A stretch of DNA of 64,000 nucleotides from a virus. Shown one piece after another: positions 19,251-28,420 of this stretch. Within the stretch, counting starts at the first letter, position 1; the number at the start of each line of letters is the position of its first letter. The DNA lies in the IMG/VR virus record IMGVR_UViG_3300020221_000005, positions 1 to 64,000 of that record; one strand, written 5' to 3'. The notes beneath the pieces were generated by a model, which worked only from the letters and a program-made list of their open reading frames with translations, was not told where the DNA came from and searched no databases. The position numbers and the translations under genes are program-made.

Positions 19251-19964
19251 TTAAATTTCAGGTTCTACCACAAATCCACTTTCATCTTTTTTAGCTCTAC
19301 CTTTTTCGATTAAACCTACCACGACATTTTTCTCATCAGTAAAACGAAGGTCCGTCAAATCTCCGTCAACAACTTTGTAGCCTTTGTAATTTGTCGGTAA
19401 CGAATTACGAAAAACTACCGCAACATTTCCACCTGACTTCAAAACCAAGTCAACTTGATTGTCGTTTGTCTCACTACGGCTAAAAGTTAGATGATAATTC
19501 TTAGGAAGAGTACCCGTAATAAATTTATTCATCCGTTCAAAAGACTTGGTATAATCGTAAAATTGAACAACTGGAAAGTGTTCCATAATGTTTTTACCAT
19601 TAAGATTGATATTTTCCCATGGCAAATCACTGGTTCCATTGAGCCGGATGCATGGTATTTTACCTTGTTTATCGGCCTTTTTCAGAAGTTTTGTGATTTC
19701 AGAGGAAAGCTGACTCATCCAAATACCTTTGTTCTTGAAAAATGCCAATGTTTTAGCCACTCGTGCTTCCCTCACGTTAGACATAACGCCACGACCAGCA
19801 GTAAATAGACACGCAGATTTGCAACCAACAGAAGCGTTCTTGCACGTATTATAACCCGATTCGTCAGCGGGAGCCAAATACGAAATGCCAGTGATGTAAC
19901 CGAATTTAGAACCTTTGACGGTTTTAGCGTTAGTGTCGATTCCAAGAATAGGTTGACGTTTCAT
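19251..19964 (-). CDS. GP88-family phage protein
   Basis: CKNASVGCKSACL, RLNGTSD, FYDYTK, NYHLTFS, DGDLTDLRF. Confidence 0.75.
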   Translation of the reverse strand: MKRQPILGIDTNAKTVKGSKFGYITGISYLAPADESGYNTCKNASVGCKSACLFTAGRGVMSNVREARVAKTLAFFKNKGIWMSQLSSEITKLLKKADKQGKIPCIRLNGTSDLPWENINLNGKNIMEHFPVVQFYDYTKSFERMNKFITGTLPKNYHLTFSRSETNDNQVDLVLKSGGNVAVVFRNSLPTNYKGYKVVDGDLTDLRFTDEKNVVVGLIEKGRAKKDESGFVVEPEI

Positions 19965-20037
19965 AGTGAAAATAATCTATTAAATTTATAAAAAGTCAAG
20001 CTGATATATTGGTTCTTTCTGCAATCACTATAGACTT

Positions 20038-20150
20038 AATTTACTTTATTTTCAGTAAAGTGATTTGCGCACCCTCCGGTACCCTATCCTCGGCGCCTTG
20101 GAAGGTCTGGCCGGATCGTCCTTTAAGTGTCGGACACCACTTTCACTTAC
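20038..20150 (-). ncRNA. Repeated phage sRNA family, long type with 5' pseudoknot (copy 4)
   Basis: TTGACT-16-TAAACT (20184-20157); covaries with copy 1. Confidence 0.6.
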
Positions 20151-20310
20151 AAGGACAGTTTAGACTAAATTTATAAAAAGTCAACCGTTATTTTATAAAA
20201 AATGAAGATTGACATTTTGAACATTTATTAGTATTGTATTTTCATAATCAAAAACGACACGTTTTTCCTCAATTAAACATTCGAAATTGGTAATTTAAGA
20301 TTTTACAAAT

Positions 20311-20387
20311 GCATCCGTAGCTCAACTGGTTAGAGCAGTAGCCTTTTAAGCTATTGGTTCCGCGTTCAAGTCGCGGCGGATGCACCA
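20311..20387 (+). tRNA. tRNA-Lys(UUU)
   Basis: canonical cloverleaf, loop CTTTTAA, CCA. Confidence 0.95.
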
Positions 20388-20426
20388 GACTTGACAAATA
20401 AAAAAAACTCAGATACGATTAAAAAT

Positions 20427-20735
20427 ATGAAAAATAAAAAAGACAACATCATCGCTGCTCTTGAAAAAACTCAGATTCTTGGCATAGGAGATCGGTGGGG
20501 CGGGTCTGATTATTTGATTCACTCTTGGGATATTGGCGCGGACGAGTCAGATTTCGCGTTGGCGTTTTCTTACACCGATTATGAGGGAATGATTTACGAA
20601 TTTGCATTTACTTGGGAATCAATAAACGATGCCGTTTTGTTTCCCGGTGGATTTTCTCTCAAAGATGATACAGGAGAAATGGTAGATATTCAGTTGTATG
20701 GACTAGAGGCAATAAATGTTACAGAAATATCGTGA
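20427..20735 (+). CDS. hypothetical acidic protein
   Basis: start moved to ATG 20427. Confidence 0.7.
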   Translation: MKNKKDNIIAALEKTQILGIGDRWGGSDYLIHSWDIGADESDFALAFSYTDYEGMIYEFAFTWESINDAVLFPGGFSLKDDTGEMVDIQLYGLEAINVTEIS

Positions 20736-21487
20736 AACTTGACAGTTCAAATAAAAGAATCTTAGTCATTTCCGACATTCATCAAGAATCTGACAAAGCG
20801 AACAAAATAATCAAAAAGGAAGATGCTGATGAAGTTGTGATTTTAGGAGATTTTTTTGATTCTTTTCAGAAAAACTCTGAGAGTGACACTGAAAAAACTT
20901 GTAATTTTTTATTAGAATGTTTTCAAACCGAAAAAATGTTTGTTTTATGGGGAAACCATGACCTTCATTATTTTCACCCCAGTCGACACACGATCTGCTC
21001 AGGATATTCTTCCATTAGACAAACCAGTATTAACACATTATTATATCCGATTAAAAATTATTTGTCAAAAAAATTTAAATGGTATATTCAAATAGATGAT
21101 TTTATTTGCACTCACGCAGGACTTAGTTCATTTCATTTTTATCCTAATCTTAATCTGGAAAAAATTTCTGAATGGTTAGATCAAGAATCAGAAACTGCAA
21201 CAATTAAATTGGAAACAAACGACTCGCATTGGTTCTATGGAGCAGGTAAAGCTCGTCGTGGCAAACTCGAAAAGGGCGGAATTGTTTGGCTTGATTTTAA
21301 TTATGAGTTTGAACCGATAAACGGATTGAAACAGATAATGGGCCACACTTTTGAAAAAATAATTCGACCAGATTATTCGGAAAAGTCAAGCAATCCTAAT
21401 GACTGGCGAAATATCTGCATTGATTGTAATTTAAATCAGTATCTTATTATTGATAACAAAAAAATAAAAGTGGTTGACTTTGTTTAA
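20732..21487 (+). CDS. calcineurin-like metallophosphoesterase
   Basis: SDIH, GDFFD, GNHD, THAG, GHT motifs. Confidence 0.9.
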   Translation: MKLDSSNKRILVISDIHQESDKANKIIKKEDADEVVILGDFFDSFQKNSESDTEKTCNFLLECFQTEKMFVLWGNHDLHYFHPSRHTICSGYSSIRQTSINTLLYPIKNYLSKKFKWYIQIDDFICTHAGLSSFHFYPNLNLEKISEWLDQESETATIKLETNDSHWFYGAGKARRGKLEKGGIVWLDFNYEFEPINGLKQIMGHTFEKIIRPDYSEKSSNPNDWRNICIDCNLNQYLIIDNKKIKVVDFV

Positions 21488-21513
21488 CGGTTTTATAAAA
21501 TTAAATGGTTTTC

Positions 21514-21590
21514 GGGCCCATAGCTCAATTGGTTAGAGCAAAGAACTCATAATTCTTGGGTTGTCGGTTCAAGTCCGGCTGGGCCCACCA
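21514..21590 (+). tRNA. tRNA(CAU), probably Ile2 (lysidine type)
   Basis: GGGCCCA/TGGGCCC acceptor, loop CTCATAA, CCA; lacks initiator features; elongator Met not excluded. Confidence 0.8.
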
Positions 21591-21722
21591 ATTTAAAAAT
21601 ATCACAATGCAACAAATTATTACTATTTATAAATAATATTATAGGCAAATCATATCGTGAACGGTTGGTAAAGTTTAAACTAGAAAATCAATAAAGAACT
21701 AACACTGAACACGAATCAATCA

Positions 21723-23090
21723 ATGAACATGAACTCGCATCGTCGAACGTTTCTCAAGGGCGTCACCCTCGGAGCAGGAGCGGTAGTGCTGCAACCGGTG
21801 CTGCAGCAACTGCACGCCGAGGCCAACGGCAAAGCCGCCCCACGGAGGATTGTCTTTTTCCTCGAAGGCAACGGCATGCCCCCCGCGCACATCCAGCCGG
21901 TGGGACTGGATCGCCCGGAGGGTGCAAATAACGGGAGCGACAAACTTATCGACGAGTCCCTGGCGAAATACAAACTGCCCGATCCGATCGCGGCGCTGGC
22001 TCCCTTCCAGAACCGCATGACGATCATCCAGGGGCTTTCTCACAAGATCGCATCGGGGCGCGGTCACTCGCCGGAGTTTGGATCTCTGGGTTGCTACAGC
22101 GGCGCGGCGGGACCGATCGAGCAGACCATCGACGCGGCGCTGGCGGCCAAATTGCCGAGTGTTGTACCGCATCTGGGTTTGGCTCTGACTCCCAGCGCCG
22201 AGTCGATCGTCAGTTACTCCTGTTCGGTCACGTCCAAAGGAAAGCCGCTTCCGTTGCTTTGCAAGCCGGAACTCGCCTTCCAGTCGCTGTTCGGCAGTGC
22301 CGCCGGGGGAGAGGCCGCCAAGACTCCCTTCCTGCGACAGAAGCTGATGGATTACATGAGCGGGGATATTAAGCGAGTCCAATCGCAGTTGGCCGGACCG
22401 GAGCGAGAGAGCCTCGACCGATACCTCGAAGCGTACGAAACGATGCTCGATCGTCACCACGGCATCATCGGCATGAAGGACGCATTGAAGGCGAACATGC
22501 CTAATACCGACAAGTTCAAGAGCACGAAAGAGACCGACCGTCTCGAAGCGCAGTGCGACATGGCCGCCAGTTCGTTGCTGTCGGGCCTGACGAATGTGGT
22601 CACGATCTCTGCCTGTACGGGGAACAGCTACATGCAGTGGAACAGTCTCGGCATGACGCTTCGCACCAACGCCATCGGTCACGGTGGCGGGGAAAATGGC
22701 AAGACATCCGATGAACTGCTGAGAATTATTCGAGCGTTCCATGCCGAGCGGATCGCCGCCTTGGCGAAGAAACTGGACGCCGTCAAGGAAGGCAACGGCA
22801 CGGTGCTCGACAACACGCTGATCGTTTACATGAGCGACTTCGGCGACCGTCACCATCCGTCCTACCTGCAGTGGCCGGTGGTGCTCATTGGCAACTTGGG
22901 CGGCAAGCTAAAGACCAATGGACGATTCCTGGAATATCCTCGCTACGGTGTCAAAGGACATCGAACCATCGGGACGTTGTATCAAGGCCTGCTCCACACG
23001 GTGGGCGACAACCGCGAGCAGTTCAACAACGTCGATCTGGCACTCGACAAGAGCGCCACGCAAGGACCGCTGTCCGAGATCCTGGCGTAG
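21723..23090 (+). CDS. DUF1552-family protein with Tat-like signal, host-derived (GC-rich)
   Basis: RRTFLKG, PRRIVFF..GNG, GTVLDNTLIVYMSD, HHPSY..WPVVLIG; GC far above flanks. Confidence 0.85.
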   Translation: MNMNSHRRTFLKGVTLGAGAVVLQPVLQQLHAEANGKAAPRRIVFFLEGNGMPPAHIQPVGLDRPEGANNGSDKLIDESLAKYKLPDPIAALAPFQNRMTIIQGLSHKIASGRGHSPEFGSLGCYSGAAGPIEQTIDAALAAKLPSVVPHLGLALTPSAESIVSYSCSVTSKGKPLPLLCKPELAFQSLFGSAAGGEAAKTPFLRQKLMDYMSGDIKRVQSQLAGPERESLDRYLEAYETMLDRHHGIIGMKDALKANMPNTDKFKSTKETDRLEAQCDMAASSLLSGLTNVVTISACTGNSYMQWNSLGMTLRTNAIGHGGGENGKTSDELLRIIRAFHAERIAALAKKLDAVKEGNGTVLDNTLIVYMSDFGDRHHPSYLQWPVVLIGNLGGKLKTNGRFLEYPRYGVKGHRTIGTLYQGLLHTVGDNREQFNNVDLALDKSATQGPLSEILA

Positions 23091-23115
23091 GAAAATAATT
23101 CGAGCAGACTGATTT

Positions 23116-23295
23116 ATGAAAGACTCCGCTAAATATAAGCAGGCGAGCGAAATGGTCTTGAATAGTCTACCTAGTTGGAAACGTGAAGCAATAAAAGAAG
23201 ATCGAATTAATGGCAATTTCGACAGTCAAATAATGAATGAATTTGCCCGCAAAGTGGTGACGCTTGTAGAACAAGAAAAAACTAAGTTCGATTGA
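23116..23295 (+). CDS. hypothetical protein (59 aa, not in track), paralog of 26029..26244
   Basis: LPSWKREAIKEDRINGNFDSQIMNEFARKV vs LPAWKQSAIKIDRQTGNFNSHVMNEYAKQV. Confidence 0.7.
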   Translation: MKDSAKYKQASEMVLNSLPSWKREAIKEDRINGNFDSQIMNEFARKVVTLVEQEKTKFD

Positions 23296-23478
23296 GTTGA
23301 AATTTCTTTATTGACAAACTTTTAAAAATTTGATAGACTTTTGACGTTAAAGATTATTTATATAAATTTGGTTTCCAATTTTATTTGTCTGTTGCGCAGA
23401 CGACCAGAAAAAAGTTGGCTGGTTGGAGGTTAACCAGAGAATAAAATATATTTTTTATTCTTAAAACCTCAGTTCGTT

Positions 23479-23631
23479 ATGAAAAAACAAGTTAAAATAA
23501 ATAAAACACGTAGTCGAGTTAAGAAAACAAAAACCACTACTAATTCACCATTCACACTTTTAATCGATATTGGTAGAATTACTCTAATCACACTTCTTGT
23601 GGGCATCGCAATATGGGTTTTGTTTAAGTAG
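23479..23631 (+). CDS. small basic membrane protein (50 aa, not in track)
   Basis: K/R-rich N-terminus, C-terminal ITLITLLVGIAIWVLF. Confidence 0.55.
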   Translation: MKKQVKINKTRSRVKKTKTTTNSPFTLLIDIGRITLITLLVGIAIWVLFK

Positions 23632-23675
23632 AGGCTTGACTTTTTATAAAATTAGAGTATTCTATTTTTATATTT

Positions 23676-24035
23676 ATGACACCTTGGAAACACGCTGAAA
23701 CAACCGCCCATCGTTGGGGGGGTACCCCACTTGATTATATCAAAATCCATGATTGGTTTGATGAAACAAAATCATTTACTGGCGACTGGACACATCGTGC
23801 GTTAAGACACCATAGCGCGGGTATTCAGTGGGCAATCGAACATTTTGGCCACGTAGTCGTAAATAGTAAAGGTCAAAGTATTCCTGTAAAAGTTATTGCC
23901 GAACAACACGTTGAAGAAGATTGTGGTTGGATTCCTACACCTAAAGATTATCTCAAAGTATTGTCAAATAATCCCGAAAAGTGGATGCTTAAAGTAGGTA
24001 AAAAAACCGTCACTCAAAATTTGATAGTAAATTAA
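23676..24035 (+). CDS. DUF6915-like protein
   Basis: IHDWFDETK, HRALRHH, EQHVEEDCGWIP. Confidence 0.75.
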   Translation: MTPWKHAETTAHRWGGTPLDYIKIHDWFDETKSFTGDWTHRALRHHSAGIQWAIEHFGHVVVNSKGQSIPVKVIAEQHVEEDCGWIPTPKDYLKVLSNNPEKWMLKVGKKTVTQNLIVN

Positions 24036-24078
24036 AATAAAGCTTGTTTATTAAAAAAAACTTGATATATTAAAAAAT

Positions 24079-24408
24079 ATGAAAATACATCCTCTAAATA
24101 AAGAAATCTATAACCTCGCCCTTAAACTTGGAGTTCAAAAAATTGAACTGAACTTTTCAGGAGGTAGCGATGAGGGTTATCTTGACGTAGTCGTTTATCC
24201 GTTCGGCACAGCTAATAAGGAAAATAATCTAACAACTAAAATTGAAGAATGGGCATGGAATGTTTATTCGTATAGCGGTGCAGGTGATGGAAATGACTAC
24301 GGTGATGATGTAGTCTATGACCTAGAAAAGAAAACCGTACATAGTTCCGAATGGTCTATGGTCCGACATGATAGTGGAAATTCTAAAATTTCATTACAAG
24401 TCGATTAA
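24079..24408 (+). CDS. DUF6878-like protein
   Basis: FSGGSDEG; adjacent to DUF6915-like gene. Confidence 0.55.
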   Translation: MKIHPLNKEIYNLALKLGVQKIELNFSGGSDEGYLDVVVYPFGTANKENNLTTKIEEWAWNVYSYSGAGDGNDYGDDVVYDLEKKTVHSSEWSMVRHDSGNSKISLQVD

Positions 24409-24481
24409 ATCGCACAACTAAAATTAATAACATTTGCTAAAAAGTCAAACGATAAATTTCAAATCGATGGTATTTAATTTA

Positions 24482-24552
24482 ACGATAACGCAATGTAGGT
24501 AGGAATTGGTCCCCTACTCTTGACGCCTTTCGGTCGGTCGCATCTTTATTAT
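24482..24552 (-). ncRNA. Repeated phage sRNA family, short type (copy 5)
   Basis: TTGACT-16-TAGACT (24586-24559); core at 24507-24545. Confidence 0.65.
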
Positions 24553-25074
24553 GCGTACAGTCTACTAAAAATTTATAAAAAGTCAACCGTTATTTTATAA
24601 AAAATGAAGATTGACATTTTGAACTTTTATCGGTATTCTATTTTGACAGTTGAAAATTCTAAAATAAACTGATTGAAAAACTTCCTATAAATCTTATTTA
24701 ATAATAATTATGACTGTATTATCTTTGGTATTCTATTTGGTTGGTGATTTTATCATTTGGATTTCTCAGATGGTTTCTAATCTCGGAAATTTACTATACT
24801 CTTTGGGAAATAAAATTTGTGAATGGGGTGATTAAAATAATATAATTAAATAATATTATTAAATAATATGTTTATTCAAGGCAAGTATATGAAAGTTATT
24901 GGAAATAATAAAGAAGGAATATGGTTCTTGGATGAGGAAGAATTGTATGAGATTTTTATTTCTTTTATTGATTTGCCTAAATATGCTGCAATTCATCCAG
25001 TTTTGGTGATGTGAGTCTTGACAAATAAAAAAACTTTGATAGGATTCTATTATGATGAACAGCGCGGCCTTCGC

Positions 25075-25398
25075 ATGAAATACCAAACCAAATACGACAG
25101 CCTGCAAATTTGGCACCTGCACAAACTGTTTGCCGATGAAGCCTTTTCGAAGTGGGTCGTCAACGAGATCGTCAGCGGCGAAAGAGACTTGTCACCCGAC
25201 GAGATTGAACTGCGTGATCAGGCGCTTAGAAACGCTGAAGTCGAACGCGCCTTCCTGCGTTCCCTCTGGTCCGCCCGCGAGGCTCGTCTGCACAACCCAA
25301 AGGAAACTTCGGCGCACTTGGATAAAGCTATGAAAGAAATAGAATTATATTATATTGCCCCAGGAATTATCAAATACAAAATCAAAAAGAAAAAATGA
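25075..25398 (+). CDS. hypothetical protein (GC-richer)
   Basis: start moved to ATG 25075, coupled to mini-ORF 25052..25078. Confidence 0.65.
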   Translation: MKYQTKYDSLQIWHLHKLFADEAFSKWVVNEIVSGERDLSPDEIELRDQALRNAEVERAFLRSLWSAREARLHNPKETSAHLDKAMKEIELYYIAPGIIKYKIKKKK

Positions 25399-25453
25399 TT
25401 ACCACAAGGAATGATAGCCTTGACAAATAAAAAAACTTTGATAGGATCTTATT

Positions 25454-25708
25454 ATGATGACCGAGTTGACTAAACGTGAGCTTGAGATTATTCGGGTTGC
25501 GCTTTCCTACATGAGCAGCAACGTTTCTGATATAAACGAGGTCGTTGGCAAAGATTTTGATTCCAATTTTACCGAAGCCGAGGTTTGTGATGTCCAGAGA
25601 AAGTTGCTCTCCGAAGATCCGCTCTTCAAAGAGCTGATGGCGGAAGGTCTGGCGATGCAGGACCGCTTCTCGGCGGAACCGGTTTACGCTAAGACCGGCA
25701 AGGACTAG
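25454..25708 (+). CDS. hypothetical protein
   Basis: leaderless after promoter 25420. Confidence 0.7.
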   Translation: MMTELTKRELEIIRVALSYMSSNVSDINEVVGKDFDSNFTEAEVCDVQRKLLSEDPLFKELMAEGLAMQDRFSAEPVYAKTGKD

Positions 25709-25788
25709 CTTACGAGAACACGAGCAACTATCTGTTGCAACGATTATACAAGTCTTGACAAATAGAAAAACTTTGGTAGGATTCTATT

Positions 25789-26004
25789 ATGAATTCTCAA
25801 AACTGCATGGCCAAATACGAAATTACCGTTGAAGAAATTTGTGAAATTCGTCACGCAATGGCAAATGCCAAAGGTGCTTTAATTGCAATCTCAAATTTTG
25901 AACAGTTAGATCACGTAAAAGATTTGATTCAATCTCACATCGAAAAGCTTGAATCCGCATTACAAACGAGTAACAAATGTTTGGACCGTCGTTCTGAAAA
26001 TTAA
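25789..26004 (+). CDS. hypothetical protein
   Basis: leaderless after promoter ~25755. Confidence 0.7.
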   Translation: MNSQNCMAKYEITVEEICEIRHAMANAKGALIAISNFEQLDHVKDLIQSHIEKLESALQTSNKCLDRRSEN

Positions 26005-26028
26005 CTTTTTAAGTTGGTTTTATTTTTT

Positions 26029-26244
26029 ATGCCTTCTAAAAAACAAAAACCCGGTTTTAGGACAAACTTAAGAAATCGTTACGAATTGGCGAGTCATTCA
26101 ATTTTTAATAAACTGCCTGCGTGGAAACAATCCGCGATTAAAATTGATCGACAAACAGGTAATTTTAACAGTCATGTAATGAACGAATATGCTAAACAAG
26201 TCGAAAATCTTGTCAATGATAACACTGAAATATTTTTGACGTAA
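26029..26244 (+). CDS. hypothetical protein, paralog of 23116..23295
   Basis: start moved to ATG 26029. Confidence 0.7.
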   Translation: MPSKKQKPGFRTNLRNRYELASHSIFNKLPAWKQSAIKIDRQTGNFNSHVMNEYAKQVENLVNDNTEIFLT

Positions 26245-26296
26245 ACTAACCTTTTGAGGTTGACTTATTTTAAATTACTGATATTATTTTTTCACA

Positions 26297-26617
26297 ATGA
26301 ATCAACCAATCTACCACGAAACCTCGGCTGCCATTTACTTCGATAACGGTGACGGAAGTTTAACGGTTAAACAAAAACGAAACGTCACAATAAGGAAAAC
26401 CATCGCGACGTTTAAAAACGACGATCTTGGACGTTTAGCATATAAAAACTTCCGAAAAACTCTTGTTAATAAGGAAAATATCTATTGTCTTTACCGATGC
26501 CCTAATGACGGTAGAACTTATGACAAGACTGCTCCTTTTTCGACAAGTCGTTCTCGACGTGGTTCTATTCGTAAAAAATTTGCTAAAGTAATGACGGTTC
26601 TTCAATCAAATAGATAA
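26297..26617 (+). CDS. basic protein, paralog of 31603..31917
   Basis: IYHE..GDGSLT..LYRCPNDGRTYD..SRRGSI. Confidence 0.75.
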   Translation: MNQPIYHETSAAIYFDNGDGSLTVKQKRNVTIRKTIATFKNDDLGRLAYKNFRKTLVNKENIYCLYRCPNDGRTYDKTAPFSTSRSRRGSIRKKFAKVMTVLQSNR

Positions 26618-26660
26618 ATTCTATGAAGATGAAAACCACTAAACCAAAACTCATTTCCGA

Positions 26661-26912
26661 ATGAAAACCATCGTCCTAGTGTTCGTTCAACAAGAAGGCG
26701 AACCGCAGTATTGCATCGGGCAAGTTGCGGTCGAAAACACGTTGCTTCGGGCCGATGAACCCGATGCCTTGCTGAAAGAACTTTGGGCGGAATGGCGGAA
26801 AGATGTTGAGGAACCCGATTCCGATTCCGAGTTCATTGATTGGCTTGTAACGAACAAGCCGGGATTTGATGCCGTTGTCATGCCAGTGACTTACACGGTT
26901 ATCAAAGACTAA
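26661..26912 (+). CDS. hypothetical acidic protein (GC-richer)
   Basis: ORF; coupled to mini-ORF 26623..26664. Confidence 0.65.
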   Translation: MKTIVLVFVQQEGEPQYCIGQVAVENTLLRADEPDALLKELWAEWRKDVEEPDSDSEFIDWLVTNKPGFDAVVMPVTYTVIKD

Positions 26913-26966
26913 AAACTCATAATTCAAGAGTGAAAATATTATACAATTTGTTAAATCTTAAATAAT

Positions 26967-27041
26967 TCCAGAGTAGCTCAATTGGTAGATTGCGTTCGGC
27001 TGTTAACCGAAATGTTGTAGGTTCGAGTCCTACCTCTGGAG
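26967..27041 (+). tRNA. tRNA-Asn(GUU), D-stem with 2-nt insertion, CCA not encoded
   Basis: TCCAGAG/CTCTGGA, G73, loop CTGTTAA. Confidence 0.85.
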
Positions 27042-27116
27042 CTCTTTTAATTTTGAGGCTTGACTTTTTATAAAAATCTTCTATACTTTCCTCACAATGA
27101 AAAACGAAATGAAAAT

Positions 27117-27362
27117 ATGAAACTCAATCATACATTTGAAGATTACTTTTGTCACCAAGGCCGCGAATACTATCTCTGTACGGATTACGAATTCGATCAT
27201 GCCGATAGATTACAACTCGCCAACTTCGCCATGTGGAAATCCAACCATTATGGCGACAAAATTTCGCAAAAAGAATTTGAAGCAGACCAAGAGCTCTATG
27301 ATACTGTCTGCGAAATTCTCGCAAATCAAAACCCGACTTGCTACGGCGGTGCGCCTTGCTAA
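27117..27362 (+). CDS. hypothetical protein
   Basis: start moved to ATG 27117, coupled to mini-ORF 27097..27120. Confidence 0.65.
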   Translation: MKLNHTFEDYFCHQGREYYLCTDYEFDHADRLQLANFAMWKSNHYGDKISQKEFEADQELYDTVCEILANQNPTCYGGAPC

Positions 27363-27593
27363 CTCGCGCAGCTTATCAATCGAAAAAGTTGTGCCAATCG
27401 TTCTTTAAAAACTTTTTGACAGCAGCATACATTGATGTATGAATACGATGAGTGAATCGTTGAAAGTATCTAGCCAACACCTAGCCGATGTTGGTCTGCT
27501 GTCATTCTTCTTTGGGTGTAGAAGTTTACACAAAGCGTTTTTTTTCAAATTGAGGCTTGACGTTTTATAAAAATCCTCTATACTGTTTTCACA

Positions 27594-28097
27594 ATGAAAA
27601 TTAAAAAACACTCAGTCGTTAAGACCCTTGTTGACCTCCCGAGCCAGAATGATGTTAAACGAATCCTCCCGGCCGGCACCGTTGCTCAAGTGAGCAAGGT
27701 TTATCGTGATGGTAATCGGAAACTGTATCTCTACTGTAATTACTATGGTTTCTTGGCTGCCGAACACGAAGTCGAACTGACGCCTGGCAATCGTCAAGTT
27801 CCCAAGGTCGGTGACGTGTTCCTGACCTCATGGGGTTACGATCAGACCAACATCGACTTTTATCAGATTACCGCCGTGAAGGGTGAGTCGGTGAAGGTTC
27901 GTCAGATTCGTGGCGAGACAGTCAACTACGCCAATATGTCAGGCGAAGTACGGGCGGTTAAGGATTCGTTCTGTGGTGAGGAAATGACCAAAAGGTTGAA
28001 ATACTCCATCAAAGGCATCCCTTCCTTCAGAATTGCCAGTTACGCTAACGCTTTTCCTGATGACGGAGGCACCCACTTCTTCAGCGAGTGGCACTAA
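27594..28097 (+). CDS. conserved phage protein (SWGYDQTNIDFYQ type)
   Basis: motif; near-leaderless after promoter 27557. Confidence 0.75.
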   Translation: MKIKKHSVVKTLVDLPSQNDVKRILPAGTVAQVSKVYRDGNRKLYLYCNYYGFLAAEHEVELTPGNRQVPKVGDVFLTSWGYDQTNIDFYQITAVKGESVKVRQIRGETVNYANMSGEVRAVKDSFCGEEMTKRLKYSIKGIPSFRIASYANAFPDDGGTHFFSEWH

Positions 28098-28237
28098 CCC
28101 AACGTCTACAAGAGAATTTAGATTACATCTATGAAAGTTAATAACTAAATTTTAGCCTATCGAGGCATCCTAATCGCCTCCGAATTCATTGTCCACTCTT
28201 GTTCCGTAGTGGGGCTTACACGGAACATTTTTTTACC

Positions 28238-28420
28238 ATGAAAATTACACCAATTAAAGATTGTGTCAATTACATCGTTGGTTGTGGCTTTACTTTCGAG
28301 GGAAAGGCGGGCAGAAACACCTACGTTTTTCGTAAAAATGTAGGAACCATGCCGAATGGGAGCGACGTGGTTTTCTTCACTCTGTCAGAACTTCGTCACG
28401 CTGAAAAGTTTGGATGGTAA
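28238..28420 (+). CDS. hypothetical protein
   Basis: start moved to ATG 28238. Confidence 0.6.
   Translation: MKITPIKDCVNYIVGCGFTFEGKAGRNTYVFRKNVGTMPNGSDVVFFTLSELRHAEKFGW

Noticed and set aside
21716-22856. Minus-strand ORFs of 378 aa and 103 aa
   Set aside because: Antisense shadows of the GC-rich DUF1552 gene
9859-27060. Track starts at TTG (9859, 18643, 20391, 25018, 27060)
   Set aside because: These fall in or just before the -35 box; the likely starts are downstream ATGs
17454-27100. Theta ribozymes after the CCA-less tRNA-Glu and tRNA-Asn
   Set aside because: Downstream sequences are AT-rich with no P1/P2/P3 pairing
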